Under the pieces are notes generated by a model. The model made no database searches. It worked only from the letters and a program-made list of their open reading frames with translations, and had not been told where the DNA came from. A stretch of DNA of 63,844 nt, the filler included, from Globobulimina sp. (taxonomy: Eukaryota), in NCBI GenBank assembly GCA_003354225.1. It is 23 parts of 23 records of this genome, joined end to end, with 100 filler letters (N's around TTAATTAATTAA, not from the genome) between each part and the next. Parts side by side here need not be neighbours in the genome. Positions count along the whole stretch, not along the records: positions 1 to 2,682 come from PIVH01005370.1; positions 2,783 to 5,464 come from PIVH01005371.1; positions 5,565 to 8,246 come from PIVH01005372.1; positions 8,347 to 11,028 come from PIVH01005373.1; positions 11,129 to 13,809 come from PIVH01005374.1; 18 more parts are not named here. The stretch is one strand, 5' to 3'. Below, in pieces: positions 1 through 12,779 of this stretch (position 1 is its first letter; each line of letters opens with the position of its first letter). The position numbers and the translations under genes were made by a program.

Positions 1-289
1 AGTCTTCTGAAATTGGGTGTCATTACGCCGCCGGGGATCTCAATCTGTGAACGGAAGCCAATTTGAAGCAAATTATTCTCAAATAATACACCAGACGAAG
101 ACAATAATAATTTTAATAAAGCAGAACTATCCTGCACTAATTTGATGCGATTGCTTGCATTTGCAGTTACATTTACATTTGCATTTACATTTAAATTTTC
201 ATTTGTTGCAAATAAATCGGTGATAAAGTCTTGTTCTTTTGGTGTCTCTTTTTCTTTTTCTTTTTCTTTTTTTTTTGGTTTTGCTTTTG

Positions 290-323
<34 letters not shown>

Positions 324-2276
324 TTCCTCAGAATCATCTGATTCCTCTTCATCAGAGTCTTCATCCTCATCCTCATCCTCCTCCTCGTCGTCATTATCGT
401 CGTCATTGTCATTATCAGAGAATGTGTCTTTAAAAACGGCATTTTTCTGTTCGTGCTTGGCGACGACGCGCATTAAAGGCGAGTCCCGCTCAGGAAAATC
501 GGGCATGGCCTCCCAAACTTGCGTAATTAACTCTTGATCGTTGTATTGAGCCATAATGGAGTATTCCACCGATCTTTGTTGGATTTCGGGGTCGATGGCG
601 GAGTGATGCTTTTTGAAGACAGTCAATATTTTCTCGTTTAGGTCGTCGTACATATTGATAAATTTCATGAAAGTGGACAAAAGCAAGGCTTTGGTGTTGG
701 AGTTGTTTGTCGATGAAATGAAGTGTTTATACAAAGTATCAAACTGTTCTTGTCCGGACGCCTTTGACTGTTCGATTAAATGCCCAAATTCGCCCAATAT
801 GTATCCAGCCACTTTGATCATGGACTCGTGCACCGGCGGCGACTGCAACAAAACAAGCACTTTCTCGGCGGCATACGACTGTAACTCCTCGTGGTTGGTC
901 ACAATTTGCACCACGCGATGCCATACATCCTCAGACACATAATCGCCGGCAACGGTCAATAGCTTTAATATCACATCGATATACCACTGGTAATCGGTCG
1001 CGTATTTCTCGGCAAGAATAGCTATTTTGAGCACCATTTCTTCGCGAATGCCATATTCCGCCTTGGTCAAATAGCGTAATAAATGCTCGATTATCTCCAC
1101 CACATTGTCTTCGTCGCAAATGCTATACAACAAATCCAAGGCCCTCTTCCTTATCGATATGTCGCTGTCATCCAAAGAGTATTGAATGGTTCGTAAATGT
1201 CGTTTAATTAATTTATGAGTGGCGCCAATTTTCGCTAATCTCGCCATGGCATCCAAGCCTAAATAGCGAATATTGCCCTCTTTCACATTGATAAAATGCA
1301 ATAATTTATGAATGGCGCGATCATGTAACATATCCTCGCCGTGTAAGTTCAAATGGATGATCACATTCATTGCTTCAAACAAAATGCTGTGATCCGCGTG
1401 ATTCTTATTTACAGATTGGGTCACTTCGGTTTTGGTCACAATGCGATCCAAAATGTCATGCAATTTATTTAATAAGTTCTTGTCTTTGGGAGGTTCGTAA
1501 TATTGTAAGATGCGCAATAGTTTGACTTGTAGCCATGGACACGGCGTCCGATAATAAATATATTCTTTGGAACATTCCCGATTAATAACAAACTGATGCA
1601 ATAAGCGAATGGCGACGGGAATGATGTTGACGTATTGCTGCGTGTCGTAGGTCGCCAAGCCAGTAAGCAATGAGAGGACAGAGGTCACCACGCCGACATT
1701 GCGGTGTTCCGCTAATTTGATGATTTGTGGGGCAACATTCGGTGAGGGACAGTTATCGGGATATTGTCGTAATAATCGTAGCAAGCAGAGGGCAGATTTC
1801 TTCCTCACGAAATTGCGACTCGTACCGCTAATTAACAGCGACTGTACATCGGGCACCAAAGACTCGGCGAATTCTGGACCACCGACGTTGGCGACGCAGG
1901 TCAAGGCCAAGCATTGAAATATTTCATTTCGCGATTTTAAATCATTTCGAATCGTATTGATGCACATTCGTAACATGTCCGTGTGTTCAATTAATAACAA
2001 AGACACACCAACATAGCCCACATTCTTTTCACTATATTTATCCGAACGAATTAAATCAACACATTGCATGTGGCCAAATTCCACTGTATATCCTAAGGTG
2101 TACATATACATTATCTTCCACATATATTTTTTTTTGGCATAAGCACCAACTGAGGCTTTACTAAAAGATGCACGGATTTTTGCTAATTCTTTATCTACTC
2201 TGCTTCGCTCTTCTTCCTCAGTCTTACAATTTCGAATATCTCCAATAAAATTCACTAAACCACGAATTTGAGACAT
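1..2276 (-). CDS. AP2A: AP-2 adaptor complex subunit alpha (3' partial, runs off the window)
   Basis: Missing from the ORF track because there is no stop. ATG at 2276 reads MSQIRGLVNFIGDIRNCKTEEEERSRVDKELAKIRASF, matching the alpha-adaptin N-terminus. Later motifs include PCPWLQVKLLRILQY and KIAILAEKYATDYQWYIDVIL. An acidic/basic low-complexity tract lies at about 240-420. Confidence 0.95.
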
Positions 2277-2682
2277 GCTATTCACTACTCACTACTCACT
2301 AAAGTTTAGTTTTTCAACAAAAACATAACTGAATGTTTATCCAAAAGGTGGTTTATATATGAAAACAAAACACAGTGTTTTGTTACTTGATTTGCAGCAT
2401 TATCTGAGAGGCCTAATTATTATAATTTAATTTGTATAATGCAATTTAACGTTATAAAGATGCAGTTTGATTATTTTTGATCTTGCTGAGGCAATTTTAT
2501 GAGGTGAGAACCCTGATGTTAAGATTTTCTTGAAGTGAGCTAGTTATCCTTAATGTCATGGGTCATTTCGTGTCTCGTTTGGATCCCCCACCTTTTGTTC
2601 TGACTTTGCAAACCGAAGACAAACTTTTAGAAAACCGTTTCTCAGATAATTGAATAAAATGTATACAACTTATCGACCAGAG

Positions 2683-2782
2683 NNNNNNNNNNNNNNNNNN
2701 NNNNNNNNNNNNNNNNNNNNNNNNNNTTAATTAATTAANNNNNNNNNNNNNNNNNNNNNNNNNNNNNNNNNNNNNNNNNNNN
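2683..2782. other. Artificial contig linker (first of 22 identical linkers)
   Basis: N44-TTAATTAATTAA-N44 gives stops in all six frames and recurs about every 2.78 kb. Contig lengths fall monotonically from 2682 to 2678 bp. Confidence 0.99.
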
Positions 2783-3733
2783 AATAGCTCCGCCTAAATG
2801 TCCGATGAAATCAACTTGATACAAATCACTGTGTAGTTTTAATATTTCATGTCCGCCCATTTCTTTTTGACCATATTTCCAAAATCGATGAAAATCTTTA
2901 AAAGCAATAGAAGCATAATATCCACAATAAAACATCCAAAATGTATCCTCAAATAATTTTATGGTATGATAGGTTACTTTTTGATGCGTTACTTCATCAA
3001 TATTGATATTACCAATTTCTTCTTCAGCTCCTTGCTCTTTTCCTTGCTGACCTGCAGTTGTTACACCTTCCGGAGTATCCAAATCATAGTCTAAAATGTC
3101 ATAATTTAAGTTAGCTTGATCCGTTATATCAAGTAATCCATCAGCTGAAAAATCCAAATACTGCAATAATACGTCATAAAAATGATGCAATCTTTTGAGT
3201 ATTAGTTCCATTGAAATTAAACAATTAAATGCATATAAACCAAGTACAGAAACAGATGCACCGAGAGACCCTGGATTTTCCCAGTTTAAATCATCGTATT
3301 TTTGCGTAATTTCCTGGCACATTTTAGCATTATTTTTGAAAACAAATAATAACAATTTCTTATAAGAATTTTCCAATACATTGGCGATAAAACTGCCAAT
3401 AAAACCAGAGGTAATGTATAATGACCAAAATATGCAAATACTTCGCTTTTTGTTTTTGTTATCAATGCAATAAATTGAGCGATAACAGTTTGGTATAAAT
3501 GCTAACATATTGGATTTTAGATGTCCAATATCAGAATGCAAAAAATTGCTTGTTAAAAAAGTATGATACTTTTTTTGTTTGATTGCATCTTTTGATCGTA
3601 CTAAAATTGAAATATTTTGGTGGCTCACACATATCTGAGCTCCAAATATTGCAGAATGAACTGCTATAAATGCAATAACATTTGGTGTGCCATAAAAAAA
3701 AAGACTCTTCAGGTCTTGTCTGAAACTGGTCAT
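2783..3733 (-). CDS. Rhomboid-family intramembrane serine protease (3' partial)
   Basis: FLHSDIGHLKSNM (HxxxN), GSLGAS (catalytic Ser) and DFIGHLGGA (catalytic His), with several hydrophobic helices. Confidence 0.85.
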
Positions 3734-3807
3734 TATATAACGTTTTCTTGTCTAAAGCTAGACTTTAATTAATATATACAATCACATTACAGTGTACAGT
3801 CTGGATA

Positions 3808-5464
3808 ATGGAAAACCCACTGAATCAATCAAGTACGGCTTCGTACAAACATTTTATTCCACAAAGTCCTGCTACAAACACAAAAAAGAAAGAAATATCA
3901 AGATGGCAACAGAGACAAAGTACGAACGCAAATCAAATGAGCTTATTATCAAATATTGAATCATATTTTGAACAGCAACAAGAACCACAAAATGTAAATG
4001 TAAATGCAAATATGGCCGAGGCAGAACAACCAGAAAAAACGACTAGATTTTTACGAAAAGGCGGAGGGACAGTAAACAAACGAAATAAATATCTAATTGA
4101 GCAAGAAAAGAGAGCGGAACGTAAACGAATCAAACAACTCGGTTTGACACAAAATAAACCAAAAACACAAAAAACAATATTAATGGAGCAATGGCGAGAA
4201 AAAATGAAAAAAAAAGACAAGTCTCGGAAAAAAAAAGAGCAAATAACTAAAACAGCTCCAATATATGTTGCTGATCATGCCGTCGATGTTTTTGTTGATG
4301 TTAATAATGTCAATAATTATAATAATGATAATGAACACAAACAAGCGTCAATAAACAATGACGAGTTAGCGTCAGCATCGAAATTTGAAGATTTGAGCCA
4401 ATTTGACCATATAAATCAAAATCAGATTGAAGAAAAACAGGAAAACCACACTATGGACACACAAGTTGGAGTATGGAGGGAACCAAAATTACCAAAAACT
4501 GTAATAATAGCACCTCCACAAAAAGGATACAATTTTGCGAGACAACGCATAGTATCAAATGATAGAAAACAAAGGAAAATACCAACATATTCTCATCATC
4601 ATCACACATCACTTTATGGCAATAATAAAAATAAAATTGCGACTGCTAACAGAATAAAAACAAAATATTTTACCGTAAATTCAATGTCAAAAAGGGATCG
4701 TTTAGCAGCAAAATCCAAAAATAGAAACAATTCCAATGCATCAGCAGCAAAAGAATATATTTCAAAAACAAATGAATTAAAAGAAACCATCTCGAAATAC
4801 GAAGGAAAATGTCATTCGGCAGAAGTTATGAAACAATCTTCGTTGGAATCATTCAGAAAATATCAATCTTTAATCCATGAAAAAGAAAGTGTGTTGGATG
4901 AAAAACAAAAAGTTTTTGAAAAATACAAAAAAAAACAAGAACGAATCTTATGTCAGAAAAGTGCGGAAATTGAAAAACGATCACGTGCTTTGTTGAATAT
5001 TCCCGATAGAAAACAAAGAACACAAATTGAAGGATTAAAAAAAGAAATAACTGATTTAAAAGCACAATTTATTGAAAAGGAGAAAAGATATAAATCCAAA
5101 ATTGAACGATTAAAAAAACAAAATAAGAAAATAAATTTCGAAAAAATTGAATTGCAAAATGAGATGAAAAAATTTGAAAAAGAAAGATTGGAACAAATGG
5201 AAAAAATTAAAAATATACAAACCACACAAACACGGAAAAAGAAAAAATATTCAATCTCCAAAATTCAAATCCGGCCAAAAACACAACAGCATCAAATGCA
5301 GCAAAAACCACAAAAACAACAACCAAAGACAATGATTAATAGATCTACAAATAATTTGTATCAAAGATATGAAAACCAGGCACAAACCCAATCTACGAAT
5401 AATATACAAATATTATCTCCCTACAATGTTACACATGACAATGAATATGATTCAACATCGTCAG
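3808..5464 (+). CDS. CENPJ: Centriole assembly protein SAS-4/CPAP-like coiled-coil protein (3' partial)
   Basis: FEKYKK...PDRKQRTQIEGLKKEITDLKAQFIEKEKRY...EMKKFEKERL resembles the CENPJ coiled coil ([21 protein letters not shown]). The C-terminal TCP domain would lie beyond the contig end. Confidence 0.7.
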
Positions 5465-6302
5465 NNNNNNNNNNNNNNNNNNNNNNNNNNNNNNNNNNNN
5501 NNNNNNNNTTAATTAATTAANNNNNNNNNNNNNNNNNNNNNNNNNNNNNNNNNNNNNNNNNNNNTTAGCACAACAATATGGATCACAGACAGCAGATAAA
5601 CACAACAAAAAAAGTCTCGAGTTATTGCAATTTATTGCAATTAAGGATATCTAGGTCCCAGGTCCAAATTTATATTGCGCAATATAAGAACAACCCCTAA
5701 TCGGAATTAACTAATGACCTTTGAGCCTCTTGGGCAATGGGTGGTGTCTGTTGTTGTTGGTTTTGTTGCCACAATACTAAAAGGCAATGATATTCTATGT
5801 ATCAAAATATTTAAAGATATTTCCTTTGTACCATCCGTTTCGGTGAAATTAATGGGATTAATCATCGGAATTAGCATCAGCAACAAAAAAATCAGAAAGC
5901 AGGTACTTTTTAATGCGAACAGTGTCAGGCTGAGACAGAAACGTTAGTTTTAAATAAAACAATCTGAATACCATTATTGCAACCAATCCTTTTCTACAAT
6001 ACATTGTGAATTAACTGGTAAAACAAATATTGAGTGATAACAAAACAAACAATGGTTTTGAATGAATTTATTAAAGTTTAAAAAACAAGATTTAACAAAC
6101 AATAACAATATTATTTCTTTTATTTTTTTTTTCTTCATCAAATGACAGAATCACATAAATTCTTTTTAATAAAACATCCACAGATAAAACTTATCCATGT
6201 ATCAGTTATTTATTATTTTCATCAAATGATGGTATACATTTATAATATCATATATTGATATTGTTTTTGTGATTGATTGCAAAAAATATATATATATAAA
6301 AC

Positions 6303-7728
6303 TTAGAATTCATATTTCTGTCTGACAACAGTATTATTTTTATTATTCAACGACAATCCGAATTCAAACTGTCCATCTTTACCGATGCGTGGATTTATAA
6401 AACCGTCGGGTTCAGACAGAGACACTTTTGATTGTTCCCGCGATTCAATATTAATATTCATATTTGCTTCGAATTCAGTGTCGATATCATCATTCATAGC
6501 GACATCCAAACCGCATATTATCGGATATGAAACCTGACTTTTTTCGTCATCATCAATGGCAACATTCATTTGATAATCACTCCAATTATCAGTTGTTGAC
6601 GAATCAGTTCGAATTCTCGATATTAATGATGGCGTCGGCGTGCATTCTGTAACATTTTCATGCATAAAATCATGATTATTCTCGATGAGAAAATATCTGT
6701 TCCGATTTAAAAATGGATGAACTAATAATTGTGTCATATCAATGCGGTTCGATTCAGTCACAAATATTTTATTCATTAAATCGAGCGCATCTTCGTTTAT
6801 TAACCTTTATTAAACACAAAAAAATGTACGTATATTCTGGTTAAAATGCAATACATTTTATATACCTTAATCTCCTCCAATTTTTTAACAATGGTTTGAC
6901 CCCTTTTTTGATCAAATAATAAAAGCGTTGGTCAGTGACACATGGCTTTGCCACCAAATGTGTGCCAATCAGCATAATGAAAAGGATAACGCCCATGGAC
7001 CAAATATCAGCTTTCCTCCCATCAAAACTGCCATTCTCCACAAATACTTCAGGTGCCATGTATGCCAATTTACCGCATCGCTCATTCAAAAGGAAATTAT
7101 TTGTCTTCTTAGCTAGGCCAAAATCGATGATTTTTATGGATGGATTATGGATGTGATTATTGTTGCTATTTTCGAGTCCGTTTAACATTATATTTTCCAG
7201 AGATAAATCTAAATGGACAATGTGCTTTGAATGCAAATAAGAAACGGCGTGGCCTAATTTTATGAATATGCGCTGTACATATTTTAAGAATGGATTTTGG
7301 AGACATTCCGTATGATTCATTGTGCGTTGCGGCAGTTTTTGCATTGTATCGCAGTACTTTTTCATGTGGCCCTTTTCATGAATTTTTTTGATGTAATTGA
7401 ATAGTGAGCAATGGCAATATTCCATGGCGTACATATAACATAATGGTTCCTCCCATGTACGCAATATACGGATGATCGACAGTGGGCAGTCTGGTAATGA
7501 TGATAAATAATTTAATATTGATATTTCATTTAAATGGTTTTCTTTAATTTTGGTTCCTTGCCGACACTGCGATAATTGTACCAATACTTTCCATGTTTCC
7601 TTTATTGCTACAAATTCATTGCTTAATGTGTCCATGCCGCGGTACATTCGACCTTGTAAAGTGTCGCCAATTACATCTTTGATGATAAATCTAGCCGAGG
7701 GAGACAACTCGCTAAGGGACAGAGACAT
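6303..7728 (-). CDS. Ser/Thr protein kinase, 2 exons (intron 6805-6865)
   Basis: VAIK, HLDLSLEN, DFGLA, YMAPE and DIWSMG motifs. Removing the GT-AG intron joins WRRLR to LINEDALDLMNKIF. Confidence 0.92.
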
Positions 7729-8400
7729 GATGCAAAAGGATTAATTTGCAATTAAGTGTGGTGTCGGACTAAGCAGTTGCATACTTTGCGTATAAATTGA
7801 TAAACGTATCTAAATTAAATGGTAAGTAGAAGAAGAAAGCAACGCAAGAATTTAAGCATTCACAAAGAAGCCCAAATCAAATAAAAGAACCATTAAAAGC
7901 ACCGCAGGATATTATCGACTGCATTGTGAATGATTGCTCATTGAATATTAACATATCAACGATAACGAAATAACAGAAATTGCATGGGATAAATTTGCCA
8001 GCAGTCAAGTTGCCAACGTAATATATTTAGATATAACGAAGAAAGCTGTTAGACAGAATAACAGGTTCTGGCATTACAAAACCACAACAATTATGGATAG
8101 AAAGCAGGAAAAAATATATCGATACACAAACAACAGAAACGAATTCCAAACCCAACAACAAAAATGACAGTCAATCAAAATATGGATTATAAACAAGAAA
8201 AGAAAATGAATAATATTGATTATACAACAAACACTGCAAAAAGAGGNNNNNNNNNNNNNNNNNNNNNNNNNNNNNNNNNNNNNNNNNNNNTTAATTAATT
8301 AANNNNNNNNNNNNNNNNNNNNNNNNNNNNNNNNNNNNNNNNNNNNTGATTATTAGTGATATAGCGCAAAATCGCAGAATATTATAGTTTTCTACTAAAC

Positions 8401-8832
8401 TAAGCCAGAGTTGTCATATAAGATGATCTCCGATGTATCGTTACTGACACCCAAGTGCTTAAACACTGAGTATACTTCGTCTTGCATAATACCGCCGTAT
8501 GTATCGATTAAACGGCAAAAATCAAACACTTCCAATGGGAGATTAACTGCGTGTTTTATATGTCCGCGTTTGTATCCTTGTTCGTGTGACAAATCAATCA
8601 CAATCTGTTTGCTTAAATCGCGGCGTTTTATATCTGCGGTGTGTCGGAATGTGACATAATGTTCCGGAGCTACCATGTCTTTGAATTCTTGCGCCACTGC
8701 GAGGTCCCCTACATTTGCTAAACGAAATGACCGGTCTGTTATATATCGCTTTGAGCTGATTGGATATAGTAATTGTTTTGATAATCGTTTCGCGTTGAAG
8801 GTGCGTGAAATACTTCGTAAGATTCGTGACAT
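8401..8832 (-). CDS. Rhodanese/sulfurtransferase, first exon, probable mitochondrial presequence
   Basis: YKRGHIKHAV...LGVSNDTSEIILYD is a rhodanese N-domain. The N-terminus is Arg/Ser-rich. Probable splice donor TTA|GTTTAGT at 8400. Confidence 0.8.
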
Positions 8833-9199
8833 TGTCTTATATTATTTTGAAAGTAGAGTTTTTTGTCACAAGCTTAAGCAGTACGATTGGCTCAAACTAC
8901 TTTGTCAAGTAGTTTCGCAGTTGTCCCAACATGCACACCGTCAGATTTGAAGAAAAAGTTGCATTTGTTATTCACAGTCTACAAGTTGCCATGTCTACAA
9001 CTACAAGTTGGGACAACGCTTTCACTTGTCAATTTTTCATCATTTCACAAACAGCTGATCAATTTTAAACATTCACATATTAAATAACAAACATAGAGTT
9101 GCCACACAATATAAATACAAACAATGTTATCATTACGACATACAAACTACAATAAATGGAATGGTTCAAATGAGTGATTGTTCCAATTTTTGACAATAA

Positions 9200-9670
9200 C
9201 TATTGGAACAATGCGAACACTGCAATTAAAAAGATGGAAATGATCATTGTCTTTTCACTGATATTTGCTGAGTTTGCAATGGGAATTCTTGGGGAAGGAA
9301 TATCTTCAATTTGCTGCGTGCACCACTTTGTGAAGGATTGACCTGTTTGACTGATAGTTTTTGCAGCATTACAATCATTCCCATAACACTCACATGTGCA
9401 AAATTTGTGTGACTTATACTTTGTTTTACTTTCATAATATGTCATACACTCTTCATGGCGAAATGAGCAGCCTGCTCCTGTAATTTTGCCAGAACCACAT
9501 CTACTTTCAATGGTTACAGTGTTTTTTTTCGCCTCCACAACTAACTCCCAAGTACAATGATCCCCTCCACAATCCTGAGATTCACCATTAACCAAACATG
9601 TTAAATTCCCTGCCTTAATGTTGTCAACAAAGATTGTACCCAATACTGCCAAAATGAATAATGCTAACAT
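9200..9670 (-). CDS. Secreted Cys-rich, probably GPI-anchored surface protein (Ly6/three-finger-like pattern)
   Basis: Signal peptide, ten Cys ending in CTCECYGNDCN, and a hydrophobic C-terminal tail after NSA. Confidence 0.7.
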   Translation of the reverse strand: MLALFILAVLGTIFVDNIKAGNLTCLVNGESQDCGGDHCTWELVVEAKKNTVTIESRCGSGKITGAGCSFRHEECMTYYESKTKYKSHKFCTCECYGNDCNAAKTISQTGQSFTKWCTQQIEDIPSPRIPIANSANISEKTMIISIFLIAVFALFQ

Positions 9671-9931
9671 TACAATGTATGAAGATGATAAGTTTTGGTT
9701 TTTATGTGTGAATTATGATGGTAATTAAACTATAAATAGTCAATTACGAACAGGATTCTATCATAATATTAAAGACATAAAATACTGCTTCCTTAACCAT
9801 TGATTGATTTATGGTATCTGCATATCTAAATTAACAGCCTAGACACAGTTTTCACTTGATCAGTGACATGGCAACCCTAATTTTTTATTGTACACAAGAA
9901 AAATCAGCGGACCTAAGTCATTAATTAAGGT

Positions 9932-10981
9932 TTAAGGAGAGTGAAATTCATAAAAATACCGACTGATGAGGTCAAATTGAAGTTTAATCTGTATCTTTCC
10001 AGATTTCTTACAAATTTGAAAAAAAGCGCAATATATATTCTTATCAATACCCCAAAAATAATACGTTTGAGGAAGCCAATCAACATATAAATAACATTTA
10101 CATTTTAATATTTTAGCATTTTCGTATTCAATTATCTCCGCCTTACAGTCGTTATGAATATCAAAATTAATATATTTGGAATCAATATCGGCAGATTGGA
10201 AAGCATCTTCCCTGTCGGACTCCATATCTTTAGTAATTTGTACAGGATGCAATATAATGACAGGGATTATGTTTCTACGAAAGTGCAATATAAATAAATA
10301 TTGAATTACTGTCCATATTTGTTGGTTCCACACTCCTCTCTCTTCATTATATAATCTATGAGTCACAAATAAATTCCATAAATTCTCTTCAAATTTCACC
10401 CATTTAGTCCATTTCCAATGCTCTTTAATATGGTTATCTGCGGCAGTAATAGCCAAATAAACATCTGTCGTGCTGACAGCATGTGGTTCCTCCGCGGGCT
10501 GGTCTTTTGCACCGTATTTGGGAACGTATACTCCCACAAAACGTTTCATTTTCCGTTCCAATGGTTCCGATATTGATAAATATAAAGAATTATTTATAGA
10601 TTTGTCAAGGTCATACTTTATTTGATGCAATTCCTTAGTTATTACATTAACACATAAAAACGTTAGATGTTTCCAAATCGAGTCCTGATCGTAAAATATT
10701 TGATACGTATCATCGATATATTGTGACCATGCAATAAATCGAAAGTCTTGGATATTATCTATGAACGTTTCGATTTTATATTTAACTGACTCAAATGCAC
10801 TGTTATGATCATAATAAAACACCAAATTATGTGAATAGTATCCGTAAAACATGATACATAATGAAACAATTTCATCAACACAATATGTTGAATTGCGTTT
10901 GATATATCCTGCCACTAACCACGGTGTCCAGTCTGATGCGGAATGAGAGAATTTACACAGACCCAGTGCCTTGGTTAGCAT
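9932..10981 (-). CDS. Hypothetical protein with N-terminal GY...EI..L..MFY motif
   Basis: 349-aa ORF in AT-rich DNA. The motif is shared with 27815-28990. Confidence 0.7.
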   Translation of the reverse strand: MLTKALGLCKFSHSASDWTPWLVAGYIKRNSTYCVDEIVSLCIMFYGYYSHNLVFYYDHNSAFESVKYKIETFIDNIQDFRFIAWSQYIDDTYQIFYDQDSIWKHLTFLCVNVITKELHQIKYDLDKSINNSLYLSISEPLERKMKRFVGVYVPKYGAKDQPAEEPHAVSTTDVYLAITAADNHIKEHWKWTKWVKFEENLWNLFVTHRLYNEERGVWNQQIWTVIQYLFILHFRRNIIPVIILHPVQITKDMESDREDAFQSADIDSKYINFDIHNDCKAEIIEYENAKILKCKCYLYVDWLPQTYYFWGIDKNIYCAFFQICKKSGKIQIKLQFDLISRYFYEFHSP

Positions 10982-11459
10982 GTGTTTATTTCGTATATTA
11001 CGAAAAGTTTTATTGTACTTGTTTTTGTNNNNNNNNNNNNNNNNNNNNNNNNNNNNNNNNNNNNNNNNNNNNTTAATTAATTAANNNNNNNNNNNNNNNN
11101 NNNNNNNNNNNNNNNNNNNNNNNNNNNNTAACAGTTTCAATTTTTCCATGATTTAAAGTTTATAATAGATTGTGAAAAACATTCACTTACCTCTTCCCCA
11201 CTGAATGTATTATCGCGAGACATGACAATTGTAATTGTAATTATTTACATAATAAAACAAATATTATTTTTGAAGTCACAAAATAAGAGTAAAAGAGCAA
11301 AGATAAGCAAGAACCCAACCGATCATTGACAATTATAAAAAAAAAGAAATAAAAATAATTAATTAAATTCATAATTATGTAATACTTAGCAATTAGAAAA
11401 AAAACAAAAATACAATCATTTATTAATTAACCATTCAAAATAAAAATAAAATTAAATAT

Positions 11460-12709
11460 TTATTCGTATCGTCCAGATTCTTTCATGGCATCAACCAATG
11501 TCCAAGCAAATGAACTAGTGTCTTCACTCTTATTTCTGCTCAATCCCAACATCACATGCAATCTCCTTACAATATCACTAAAATCTGGTCTATGGAGCGG
11601 AGATTGACTCCAACAGTCCTTCATTAAACCTGCATAAGTTCCCAATATATATGATGGAATATGTGGCCTTTTTCCATCTAAAACATATTTTTTTATATCG
11701 CGCAAATCATCCATGTCATCATATAATGTCTGTTCTGTACACAATTCCCATAAAATCAATCCAAAACTATAGACATCGATAGATTTTGTGTACAATACTA
11801 GGTTCTCTTTACCGTAGGTAAAATGCTTCAAAATCTCGATATGTTCCAATAATTCAGGTGCCATATAAGCCACTGTCCCGCATTCAGTGGTCAATGCATC
11901 CAAAGAATTGCCTGCTTCCACCATATTTAATGTGCCACCCAATGATGGTGCATCAAATGATATATTTGATTTATTTTCCCCATCAACCACATCCAACTCA
12001 GGTACTCCAAGAAATTTACTGTTGGTTGGTGGCGGTGGCGGCGGTGTCGGTGGTATGGCTGCACCGTTATTACAAGGCGACAAATTAAATGATGACGGAC
12101 TTTCATCACCTTCTTTTACATGTTTTTTCTTGTTTTTTTTGTGTTTTTTGCGTTTTTTACTTTTTTTATGTTTTTTATGCTTCTTTTTATGTTTTGAACT
12201 GTCTGATAATTCGTTGTTAATTTCAGTGGTCGACAATCCATTCTTATTCTCGGCACCAACCATTGAAATTGTTAATGAATCTGCAAAAAGCGGCGGCAAT
12301 GAATTATTTTTTTTGGCATGACTATGAATGGAATGACTGGATCCAACTGCATTATACTTATAGTTATTTTTTTTGGTACCAATTGCAAACGGTAATGTAT
12401 TTGGTAACGAATCCGGTGTCAACCACTGGTTTTTCATAGATGGTGTCAATAAAAAGGATGAATTGACCCGATCCTGATGATTTTTTCTCAGTTTACGCGC
12501 TAATCCGAAATCACAAATCTTTGCAACTAATCGGCCTTCTTCTTTCATGAAGGTCACCAACACATTATTCGTATTAAGATCGCGATGTATGATATCCTTA
12601 TGATGCAACACTTGCATTCCGGTGGCTATATCCAATGCAATCCATAACCTCTCTTGCGATGATAATGGTGAATTTTTATTGCTTTGTTTGCTTTTTTTTT
12701 TACGTAATG
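11460..12709 (-). CDS. TKL-type protein kinase C-lobe with a long activation-segment insertion; N-lobe not found
   Basis: RLWIALDIATGMQVLH, IIHRDLNTNN, KICDFGLAR, GTVAYMAPE, DVYSFG and CWSQSPLHRP. Probable splice acceptor at 12710-12711. Confidence 0.85.
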
Positions 12710-12779
12710 CTATGTATTAAATTCAATTATGATAATTATATTATAACGTTTTTTATAGCACAGATTTACATTTTACAAC

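Noticed and set aside
8920-9017. 11-bp inverted repeat GTTGTCCCAAC / GTTGGGACAAC as a MITE
   Set aside because: Too short, does not extend, and has no target duplication.
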